DNA of 20,000 bases, from IMG/VR virus record IMGVR_UViG_3300002835_009787. The stretch is one strand, 5' to 3'. The stretch is from an uncultured virus (IMG/VR IMGVR_UViG_3300002835_009787) (lineage: Duplodnaviria > Heunggongvirae > Uroviricota > Caudoviricetes). Within the stretch, counting starts at the first letter, position 1. Every line of letters starts with the position of its first letter. The notes under the pieces are model-generated. The model did no database searches. It was not told the origin of the DNA and was given only the letters and a program-made list of their open reading frames with translations. Positions 7,696-15,366 of this stretch are shown in pieces. The translations under genes and the position numbers were made by a program.

Positions 7696-7854
7696 TTATT
7701 TACACAGATTTCTTGCTTTTTTAGCTGCTTCTTGAGCTGCTGTCCATGTTGGAAACCAAGATAGACATTCTTGACAAGTAGCGTCATGATGTTCTACGCT
7801 TTCAAATTCGCAAGGATCAGGTGCTGCTGTTCCGCAAATGTAAGGTTCACTCAT
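7696..7854 (-). CDS. Small Cys-rich protein, 52 aa
   Basis: Hand translation MSEPYICG...CEF...HHDATCQEC...; AAAAGGAG SD. Confidence 0.7.
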   Translation of the reverse strand: MSEPYICGTAAPDPCEFESVEHHDATCQECLSWFPTWTAAQEAAKKARNLCK

Positions 7855-7870
7855 GCTATTCTCCTTTTCT

Positions 7871-7881
7871 CCGACTTATTC
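7871..7881 (-). promoter_or_regulatory. GAATAAGTCGG motif copy
   Basis: Exact 11-mer lying between a terminator and the next SD. Confidence 0.65.
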
Positions 7882-7930
7882 CTAAGGATTAGAATACTAG
7901 GAACAAAAAAAAGATTAGGGAACTAGTTGC

Positions 7931-7985
7931 AAAAAAAAATGTCAGTCAAGCCGATATGCGGGGGGGCATACCGACCTGACTGACA
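7931..7985 (-). terminator. Intrinsic terminator
   Basis: 20-bp stem UGUCAGUCAGGUCGGUAUGC/GCAUAUCGGCUUGACUGACA followed by U9. Confidence 0.85.
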
Positions 7986-8006
7986 AAACGGGCTAAAACT
8001 AAAGTG

Positions 8007-8534
8007 TCAGAAAGGCACTTCAGCAGTAGCAGTGGATGTAACAACTGGCGCAACCAAAGCAGCACCACGGAAGTCAACGAGGATATCGAGGTCATCGATA
8101 TTGCCACGCTGAGGGGAAACAGCCAACTCGGCAATGTCATAAGTCAAAGCCGTGTCGTCCTTCAACCAAATGGTCTGGTTGGTCACAGTGTATGTGCCAC
8201 CAAACTTGTTGGTCAAGTCTTTCGTCCGCAGTTCGCCCGCAGTAAAGCACTCGCTGTCGTTGAGTACAGCAAGACGGCAACTTGGGTGATACAGTTCACC
8301 GTTACTGTCAGTGGCTGTGCCATCAATGAATGCCTGAGCAATCGCGACGACTTTGCTTGCACGAGCAGCGTCCATCCAGACAGTGTAGTTCACACCAATC
8401 TGAAAGCCTGCTTCCTCACCGAACTTAGCCTGTAGGGTTACAGGAATTTCGGTCTTGCTGAACGAGCCTGAGCCGTCCTTCAAGTTATGTGTGTGCGTTG
8501 TAGGTGCACCAACCTTAGTGATGAGAAGAGTCAT
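8007..8534 (-). CDS. Putative single-stranded DNA-binding-like protein, ~175 aa (..ATAEVPF tail)
   Basis: Beta-rich N-terminal region, low-complexity linker and EVPF terminus like the SSB C-tail; ATG 8534 after GAAAGGGG. The CDS is secure, the function is inferred. Confidence 0.5.
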   Translation of the reverse strand: MTLLITKVGAPTTHTHNLKDGSGSFSKTEIPVTLQAKFGEEAGFQIGVNYTVWMDAARASKVVAIAQAFIDGTATDSNGELYHPSCRLAVLNDSECFTAGELRTKDLTNKFGGTYTVTNQTIWLKDDTALTYDIAELAVSPQRGNIDDLDILVDFRGAALVAPVVTSTATAEVPF

Positions 8535-8551
8535 TAGACCCAACCCCTTTC

Positions 8552-8659
8552 TGTGACCGTAGTCACATAAACTACCAGCAACCCGATGTTACCAGTAGGC
8601 GAAGTCCCGAAAGACCCCGACTTATTCAACGGCCAGACCCGTGATGGGGGCCAGACCGC
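8552..8659 (-). other. Structured leader of four tandem hairpins
   Basis: Hairpins at 8629-8659, 8600-8619 (UUCG loop), 8572-8598 and 8552-8567 (cUACGg loop). Confidence 0.6.
8617..8627 (-). promoter_or_regulatory. GAATAAGTCGG motif copy
   Basis: Exact 11-mer in the gap after the polymerase gene. Confidence 0.6.
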
Positions 8660-8763
8660 GGAAAATCTCTTGAACCGTGTTTAGAATCAAAGTGGAACCA
8701 AGTCTTGGGGACTAGGCAGAGCACGGTGCTTGTTTAGAATATAACATTAAGATAATACTTATC

Positions 8764-11439
8764 CTAGAGGCCCAGATCCTTGAGCCCCTGGATAAGCAGA
8801 TCCATCATTGATTTCTGCCCACGCTTGCCGGCTTGGAACATTACACGGTCAACTAGACCATAACGCAGATGAGCATTGGCCTTGATGTATTCGCCACGAC
8901 CTTCGTGATACACCCTCTCGTAGCTCATCTTTGGATCAGTCATCCAGCGATAGATAGCAACAGCCATCTTGGTTGGTGACTTGGACGTTTCAATCTCATC
9001 GACCATCATCTTGACAATGGCTTCCAACTCGGTTGAAGAATACACAGCGTTCCATGCCTTGAAGTAGCGGCTTGACCACTTTGTCTCTTCTGCCTTAGCT
9101 TCTGCCTTACGCTCGTCAAATGCACGCAACATGTGGATATACTTGGTGTTGAATGCTTCACAGACAGCCTGTGTTTGATCTGACAGTGTAGGGATTAACT
9201 GTTGCAGTTGAGGAATTAACTCAGAACGCATGCGGAGATAGATGGTGTTCTTCTTCTCTTCGCGTACATCCTTGAGTACCTTGATGTAGTGCTCACTGAG
9301 CTCTGCCAATGGTCCATCATAGACATTACCTTCCAACTCATGCTTGAACCGATCAGGGATACGACTCATCATGTAGCTGTCAATCTTGATATCTTGTTTG
9401 ACCATATCATCGATCAATGATTGCCACATGGTTGATACGCTGCCACTGATAAAGCGGAATGCCTCAATGTTTGCTGTCTGAGAGCTTGCATCGATAATGT
9501 CATTACCACTAGCTGGCATGTAGGTTGGGTAGCTTGGACCGAACACACTTGCATGCACCATCATGAAGTTTGAGAATGAACCAAACCCAGGGTTGTGCAG
9601 TTGTGCATCAATCATGTCCTTGGCGTTATCCCGTGTGAATCCCCTCTTGGTGTACTGTGTTGAGTTCAGGATTTCATTGAGCTTAGTGTCAACAATAGTG
9701 TCTTTAAGCAGTGTGCTCATCGGCAATGTTGCTTTGCTAAGGTCAATTACCTGTACCATGTCCTCGTTTACACGCATAAATGGCATTGTCTCTGCATCGT
9801 AACGCTCGATTGAATAACCACCAGGTCCGTTTGGTGAACGAATGATGACAACCATGTCGATTGCTTCTTCTGGTGTGGTTGGTACTTCCAGGTCAGCTGG
9901 GATAACAAATCCATCCCTGAATTCCTGGTGTGACAACCCATAGAGAGTTACAACTGGCGAAGAGCTCCACAACTTAATGCGAATGAACCTAGCCATGTCA
10001 CCATCTTGATCCCATGTATCGTGGAGGTCTGCTGTCTCAACAAAGCGATTGCCTGGGATGATTGCACCGAAGCGCTTGTCATACCATACAACATTTGACT
10101 TTGACTCTGGCAGCTCTTGTCCACCCATGATTTGCAATGCCTCATGAGTAATGACAGGAGCCATGAATGCATTAAACATTGGCAACCAGATGTTACCACG
10201 CTTAACTGATGCACTCATGCGATTAGCAAGCTGACCATACGCCATGTGGATGAAGTTTGAGCTGTCATACAATGAGAACCCAGCCTTTTGCCACTTGATG
10301 TAGTTTGCTTGCCACTCTTGGAGTTCATTGTCTTCGTTGACTACTCCATGATCCTCTTGATCATCCATGCTAACAGTCATCCATTCTGGCATATTGCCCA
10401 CTTCGATTTCTTTCTTGAAGTCAGACAAAAGACTGTCACATGTAGCTTTGAGGTGTTCAGTGGTGTACAACCATGGATTGTTGATCATTGATTGATCGTC
10501 AATCGTTACTTCGTACAGAGTTGGCATCGGCCACGCTACAAATGTATAATTACCATCTGTTGTGGACAATTCCTTCTTCTCCATTGATTCGTGGTACACA
10601 ATATCTGCTGGGATTTCATCATCCTCAACAATGTGCAACAAGCCCTTAAGCATGAAGCTTTCCATTTTCATACGGAACAACCAAGTACGATTGTCACCGT
10701 GCACACCACCAATCATCCTGCCTCTTACTTCCGCATCTTTGATAGGGAAACAAGCTTTGATGAATGCTGATTTGCGCATAAAGGCTGGTCCATCAAACAT
10801 CACCTCATCTGCTGGATCATACTTCAATCCATAGCTAGAGTAGTATTGCTCAAGCCATTCGTTCGTATAAGCCTTAGTGGTGACTGACTTCATTGACCTT
10901 GAACGATATACCTGAGTAAACCGTGTGATTTCTTGAAGTCGCTTTGATGTCTTCTTCATGTCGATTACGCTGACACCAAGATCATCCAATGACCAGTTGT
11001 TGTCTTCACGCATCTTCAAGAAGAAAGCATGTGTTGCATTAGCCCAAGCAAAGTTGGATTCTTTGATGAGTGCATCTAAGTCTCCGTTGTCCTTGCTGAT
11101 CCACTGCTTCAGCTCATTGATTGTGATCATCTTAAGCTTGAACTTCTTACCGCGGCTGTTAAGCTTGTGCTCCAAGAGTCCATACTTCCAAGTAGGGTTG
11201 TTGTTGATTGGCATAAGCCAGATATGGTGGTTGTATGCACCATTCTCACCAGTGCGAACTGTTGTCCCCATCTTGAATGGTTTGCCCGTCTTCTTTACGG
11301 TTGAATAGGCCAATGACTCACGCTCTGTTGGGTCGTTGGTGATGGTGTGGAAGAAGTCATGCATGAATGCAATCACTTCTGCTCCTTTCTGTTGAGGCTC
11401 TGTCGTTAAACGATTGAGCTTTTGTTGTGGTGTTTCCAT
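8764..11439 (-). CDS. Single-subunit two-barrel (YonO/QDE-1-like) RNA polymerase, ~891 aa
   Basis: FDG.af, R...LKG, ESMEK (first-barrel motifs), WDQDGD catalytic motif at 9997-10011, IIRSPN at 9829-9846; start reassigned to ATG 11439 (GGAGGT SD); the ORF is open to 11505. Confidence 0.75.
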   Translation of the reverse strand: METPQQKLNRLTTEPQQKGAEVIAFMHDFFHTITNDPTERESLAYSTVKKTGKPFKMGTTVRTGENGAYNHHIWLMPINNNPTWKYGLLEHKLNSRGKKFKLKMITINELKQWISKDNGDLDALIKESNFAWANATHAFFLKMREDNNWSLDDLGVSVIDMKKTSKRLQEITRFTQVYRSRSMKSVTTKAYTNEWLEQYYSSYGLKYDPADEVMFDGPAFMRKSAFIKACFPIKDAEVRGRMIGGVHGDNRTWLFRMKMESFMLKGLLHIVEDDEIPADIVYHESMEKKELSTTDGNYTFVAWPMPTLYEVTIDDQSMINNPWLYTTEHLKATCDSLLSDFKKEIEVGNMPEWMTVSMDDQEDHGVVNEDNELQEWQANYIKWQKAGFSLYDSSNFIHMAYGQLANRMSASVKRGNIWLPMFNAFMAPVITHEALQIMGGQELPESKSNVVWYDKRFGAIIPGNRFVETADLHDTWDQDGDMARFIRIKLWSSSPVVTLYGLSHQEFRDGFVIPADLEVPTTPEEAIDMVVIIRSPNGPGGYSIERYDAETMPFMRVNEDMVQVIDLSKATLPMSTLLKDTIVDTKLNEILNSTQYTKRGFTRDNAKDMIDAQLHNPGFGSFSNFMMVHASVFGPSYPTYMPASGNDIIDASSQTANIEAFRFISGSVSTMWQSLIDDMVKQDIKIDSYMMSRIPDRFKHELEGNVYDGPLAELSEHYIKVLKDVREEKKNTIYLRMRSELIPQLQQLIPTLSDQTQAVCEAFNTKYIHMLRAFDERKAEAKAEETKWSSRYFKAWNAVYSSTELEAIVKMMVDEIETSKSPTKMAVAIYRWMTDPKMSYERVYHEGRGEYIKANAHLRYGLVDRVMFQAGKRGQKSMMDLLIQGLKDLGL

Positions 11440-11972
11440 GGGTTTTACCTCCCCATTTGTTGTTGGTTGATTGTTTGATTGATTTAATACAGACATGCGA
11501 TGCATCCGTTGGTGAATACTTCAGTGCCTGATCCGCCCATTTCTTCTGGCTGGTATTTCGTGCCACATACATGACATTCAACTTTGCCAAATGGCTCATC
11601 CTCTTCCATGACTTGAACAGGCTTAACAGGCTTAGGCTTGTATGCCTTAAGCTTGTCAATAGCTGCTGATGCCCACTTGGTGGTGAGTACATTTGTCCCA
11701 TCGATATGTGCTTTCATCTTTGTTGTCAAAGACTCCTGCTCATCAATTGTCATGTTTGATTTAACTTCCAAGAACAAAGACCGGATAAACTTTATCTGCT
11801 TATCTGTCATTGGTTTGTTCTTTGGTGCAAGTTGAGCCAGTTGCTCTCCACACAGTTCACAATAAACTGCCTTGTAGTCTGTGTTTACTTGTCCTGGAAT
11901 TAATTTCCAATCCCAGACTTGGTGTTTGCACTGCTTCATCGGATTTACCTCCCGAATTGTTGTTGGTTGATT
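11437..11972 (-). repeat. 36-bp direct repeat (11437-11472 and 11937-11972, 32/36 identical) containing an A/C-rich leader, GGAGGT and ATG
   Basis: Aligned by hand; the copies are 500 nt apart. Confidence 0.8.
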
Positions 11973-12287
11973 TGACATGGCTTCTTTCCTTTCGTTGTTT
12001 GTTGTTTCTTGATTGACATTTTCTTGCGGCACTAACTCAATTGCGGTAGACCCCTGTAGACCGTGCAAAGGACGCTCTGGGTAGTAACCAAGTTGTGGGA
12101 CTGGATCCCAGTTAATAGATACGGTATAACCTCCCTTTGGTATCTTCTGGACATAGTTCCATTTTCCACGTGAATTTTGCCTATTAACAGATACTCCATT
12201 GGGTTCAAACCTAACCCACTTTACAGTGCCTGTTATATGAGGCTTTGCCTTGGAACGTACCTTGTCCCCTGGATTGAATGGCTTCAT
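11484..12287 (-). CDS. Multidomain hypothetical protein, 267 aa (SH3/KOW-like N-terminus, two zinc ribbons)
   Basis: F.PGDKV...GTV; CKH..CELC; T.KQ..FI..L...AS..ID.L helical motif; CHVC..CIAC. Confidence 0.75.
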   Translation of the reverse strand: MKPFNPGDKVRSKAKPHITGTVKWVRFEPNGVSVNRQNSRGKWNYVQKIPKGGYTVSINWDPVPQLGYYPERPLHGLQGSTAIELVPQENVNQETTNNERKEAMSNQPTTIREVNPMKQCKHQVWDWKLIPGQVNTDYKAVYCELCGEQLAQLAPKNKPMTDKQIKFIRSLFLEVKSNMTIDEQESLTTKMKAHIDGTNVLTTKWASAAIDKLKAYKPKPVKPVQVMEEDEPFGKVECHVCGTKYQPEEMGGSGTEVFTNGCIACLY

Positions 12288-12289
12288 GA

Positions 12290-12541
12290 TTACTTTCCTT
12301 CCTCGTTGAATAGTGATAGTTGGTTGTCTTTCATTGTTTGCTTTGCTTGAGATACTAGTTTCTTCTTCTCGACCCTAGTTTCACTGCCTGCTTTGCATTC
12401 GGTGCACCACACACGCTTTACTGGGTAAAACGTAATCCAAGCATTAGCTATGTGAACATAGTGTTTGCCTAAGGCACACCACACCTCTTTCTCTGAATCC
12501 CGAGCAAAACGGGAATAGTTCTTCCAATGTAACCTTGCCAT
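12290..12541 (-). CDS. Small putative zinc-binding protein, 83 aa
   Basis: C...H and CTEC motifs; TAATG coupling. Confidence 0.75.
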   Translation of the reverse strand: MARLHWKNYSRFARDSEKEVWCALGKHYVHIANAWITFYPVKRVWCTECKAGSETRVEKKKLVSQAKQTMKDNQLSLFNEEGK

Positions 12542-12768
12542 TACTCCCCCTTTATGTTTTCTTCTAGGAATTGTTTTGCATTTTTCTCACACCAACCACA
12601 CGAACCACATTTCTGAATGTGCGTGTTTAATTTCCAGATTATGAGATGCTTTTCTAACTGTTTCTGCTGGCGAGAACTTAAAAGATATCCGCCATTGTTC
12701 TTTTCGCAGAAATCAAAGTATGCTTGCCTGTCTAAATCAAGCACACCTAATTTGAATATATCACTCAT
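12541..12768 (-). CDS. Hypothetical protein, 75 aa
   Basis: H...CGSCGWC; AAGGAG SD; TAATG coupling. Confidence 0.75.
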   Translation of the reverse strand: MSDIFKLGVLDLDRQAYFDFCEKNNGGYLLSSRQQKQLEKHLIIWKLNTHIQKCGSCGWCEKNAKQFLEENIKGE

Positions 12769-13295
12769 TACTTTTCTCCTTGGTTGTTGTTTGTTACTCG
12801 TAATTCAATTTCCATGTCTCGGCATGTCAATTCAAGGCTTGCGTTGAGGTTAAACCGATCAATTATGGCTTCAATGAATTCTTTCGAGAATCCATACAAA
12901 GTATTATTAACGTTAACCTCGGTGTATTGAATACCGCTATTGGCAGTGTGGACTGATGGCCTTCCACTCCATGGTCCGGTAAGAACCCTGTGTGATCCAT
13001 CTTGCATTGTCAATTCAAATGACTGGCCTCCATAACCACGACCAATTTTATTGGATCCATCATGGATAAAGCCATTAACAATTGCACCATCATCTGAAAT
13101 GCCAACAAATGAATATGATGATTTTGTTTCATCACACACATTTTCGTATTGGGTATACGTCAATGCTCCACTTGTTAGCCGATTGTCATTTGATTGGATT
13201 TTAACCTCATGCCATTCTCCCATGTGATGTAACACAATTTCAGCTTTTGAGATTAAATCCAGCCTTGACTGGAATTTATTATTGTTTTCTAACAT
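12768..13295 (-). CDS. Hypothetical protein, 175 aa
   Basis: ORF track; AAAGGAG SD. Confidence 0.85.
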   Translation of the reverse strand: MLENNNKFQSRLDLISKAEIVLHHMGEWHEVKIQSNDNRLTSGALTYTQYENVCDETKSSYSFVGISDDGAIVNGFIHDGSNKIGRGYGGQSFELTMQDGSHRVLTGPWSGRPSVHTANSGIQYTEVNVNNTLYGFSKEFIEAIIDRFNLNASLELTCRDMEIELRVTNNNQGEK

Positions 13296-13355
13296 TACTT
13301 GTCTCCTTTGTTGTTTTTTGGCTTACTGTTTTTCTGTTGATTGCAAAAATCTATC

Positions 13356-13559
13356 TTAGAGCATTCGGCCTTTCGTCAAGACCATAATTGCATTCCAGTA
13401 GATGTCTGCATCTTTTTCTTGCTTGTTGGCCTCTGCGTCGTTCAATGCAAAAACCAATTCATTGATGAGTGCTTTCTTGCTTAGTTTTTCTTGTAGTATT
13501 TTTGCTACAATTTCTTCGGCAGTGAACACTCTTGGTTTTGGTACATTTTCTTCAGACAT
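13356..13559 (-). CDS. Hypothetical protein, 67 aa
   Basis: ORF track; AAAAGGAG SD. Confidence 0.8.
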   Translation of the reverse strand: MSEENVPKPRVFTAEEIVAKILQEKLSKKALINELVFALNDAEANKQEKDADIYWNAIMVLTKGRML

Positions 13560-13595
13560 TCGTTTCTCCTTTTGGATTGTTGTTTGTTGACATGT

Positions 13596-13871
13596 TTACT
13601 TTCCTGCGTTTTCTGTTGGTAGCTTAATTGATTCACCGATTCGTAAATAACGAGTCTTCAATTCTGGATTGAGGTCCACGATATCACCAACCATATTTGT
13701 GGTGCTATTGCCGTAGCAATTGGCCTTGGCTATACTCCAAAGAGTATCTCCTTCGTATGCAACAACTGAACTTACGTAACAGTATGTTGGCTTATTGATT
13801 AGCAAGCCCGATGCTATTAAAGCCGCAATTGCGACAATAAGAACAACGAACATTTTTGTTGCTTTACTCAT
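13596..13871 (-). CDS. Membrane-anchored LysM protein (YneA/ChiZ-like architecture), ~91 aa
   Basis: TM helix then V..GDTLWSIA...I.DLN...L.IG..I.LP; ATG 13871 after an AAGGAG SD. Confidence 0.9.
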   Translation of the reverse strand: MSKATKMFVVLIVAIAALIASGLLINKPTYCYVSSVVAYEGDTLWSIAKANCYGNSTTNMVGDIVDLNPELKTRYLRIGESIKLPTENAGK

Positions 13872-13976
13872 TGCTTTCTCCTTAATTGATATTGGATAAA
13901 TAACCATGTGATTTACAACCTCTTGATTAACGGTTGGGTCATGAAGTTAACGTCTACCAATAGACAATGTACTTAA

Positions 13977-14330
13977 TTAGCAGTTAGTGCCGCACAAGGC
14001 TTTAATACCTGCAGGAGAAGCCTTTACTGACTCTTCCCATAGGTTTACTGAATGAAGGGTCCAGCGGTAGCCCCACATGCGTGCACGTGAATCCCATGAA
14101 CGCTCACCTAGAAGGCGGACAATCTTTCCATTGTACATCTTATTCATGTACTCTGGGATGTTATGGGTATGTGTGAATGTATGGCTATCAGATGCACCGC
14201 ACCCAACAAGCTGTATCCACACTGCCTGGCCATCATGGCACACGTACTTGCCAATAACCTCGGCATACTGTGCATGTGTGTTGTACGCCTGAGCCATCTG
14301 CTCACACGTGGTTAGTGTTACTGGTAACAT
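13977..14330 (-). CDS. Hypothetical protein, 117 aa
   Basis: ORF track; GGAGG SD. Confidence 0.7.
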   Translation of the reverse strand: MLPVTLTTCEQMAQAYNTHAQYAEVIGKYVCHDGQAVWIQLVGCGASDSHTFTHTHNIPEYMNKMYNGKIVRLLGERSWDSRARMWGYRWTLHSVNLWEESVKASPAGIKALCGTNC

Positions 14331-14332
14331 GG

Positions 14333-14482
14333 TTACTTTCCTCCCTTATTGGTGATTGATGTTTCTACTAGGTATGCCCTTACATAGGCACATGTCTTTG
14401 CATTTACTGGTATGTTGTGCTTTACACAATGCAGTAGGTACTTACGGTACGTACGTGCATATGATGTCCTGTTATGGTCCAT
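14333..14482 (-). CDS. Small basic protein, 49 aa
   Basis: Hand translation MDHNRTSYARTYRKYLLHC...; AGGAG SD. Confidence 0.6.
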   Translation of the reverse strand: MDHNRTSYARTYRKYLLHCVKHNIPVNAKTCAYVRAYLVETSITNKGGK

Positions 14483-14590
14483 GACTATCTCCTATGTTTG
14501 AAGTGAATAAAGCCCAATGTTTTACATACCATGGCTATCGTATGGTTCATGTTGTTTAGTGTCCACCAATGGACAGTATTACTGGGGTAC

Positions 14591-14767
14591 TTAGTCCTTA
14601 GTTACCCTGCACTCAGTGCCATCAGCATGCATGTGCCAACATACAGTCTTTCCTTCATCATTTACCTGAAAGAAAGGTGTGTGCTTTACTGACAATTCCT
14701 TACCTGTACCCCATGTGCATACCCTTGGCCCACGGCTAGGTGTGTTGCTGTTATTAACAGTAATCAT
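14591..14767 (-). CDS. Hypothetical protein, 58 aa; first gene of the block
   Basis: Hand translation MITVNNSNTPSRGPRVC...; GAGGAG SD. Confidence 0.6.
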   Translation of the reverse strand: MITVNNSNTPSRGPRVCTWGTGKELSVKHTPFFQVNDEGKTVCWHMHADGTECRVTKD

Positions 14768-14984
14768 ATTACTCTCCTCTTGTTAATTGTTTAACCTTAA
14801 GACCCCATACCCGGGTGGGCACGTTAAAGATCTTAAGGGTGTGTATATACCCACTACTACTGGCCCATATTTTTTCCATATTTTTAGCCTATTAGTTTTT
14901 TTTATATATGTTTTTACACCAAAAATTTTTCCCTTATTTTTATACCTATATAGGAAATCGGCCGGCAAAAAAAAGTTTGGAATA

Positions 14985-14998
14985 TATTGTGATAGAGG
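14985..14998 (+). repeat. Exact 14-mer TATTGTGATAGAGG, copy 2
   Basis: See 3745-3758. Confidence 0.7.
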
Positions 14999-15099
14999 TT
15001 GTCAAAGGTAAACATGCTTTGCTATTATCTTTGTTGTCATATAGATATCATGTACAAGAATCATATAACCATCAATGCCTAGTACAAAAGGATAAGAAA

Positions 15100-15294
15100 A
15101 TGAATAACAACAAGAGTACGTTGACACAAAAATCACAGGATGATATTCAACTGGATATGTTCGAGGATTATGAAGGGTTAGACGTGGAAGATGATGTCTT
15201 CTATCAGTTTAACTCTAAGACATACTATGGAGCTAAGTCAGCTTACGTTGAGGTTGAAGATTATGATTTCGACAACTACGGCTATAATGACTAA
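15100..15294 (+). CDS. Small acidic, aromatic-rich protein, 64 aa
   Basis: ATG 15100 after AAGGA; followed by a terminator; the ORF-track upstream extension looks non-coding. Confidence 0.75.
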   Translation: MNNNKSTLTQKSQDDIQLDMFEDYEGLDVEDDVFYQFNSKTYYGAKSAYVEVEDYDFDNYGYND

Positions 15295-15313
15295 TATTTA
15301 ACGTATATAAAAG

Positions 15314-15346
15314 AAAAACCCCCTGGATATACCGGGGGGTTTTTTT
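15314..15346. terminator. Bidirectional intrinsic terminator
   Basis: A5-CCCCCTGG-atata-CCGGGGGG-T7 between convergent genes. Confidence 0.9.
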
Positions 15347-15366
15347 ATATCCTTATATAAGTATTA

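Noticed and set aside
5975..8627. GAATAAGTCGG repeats as a CRISPR array
   Set aside because: Only 11 nt long, 750-970 nt apart with genes between, and no cas genes
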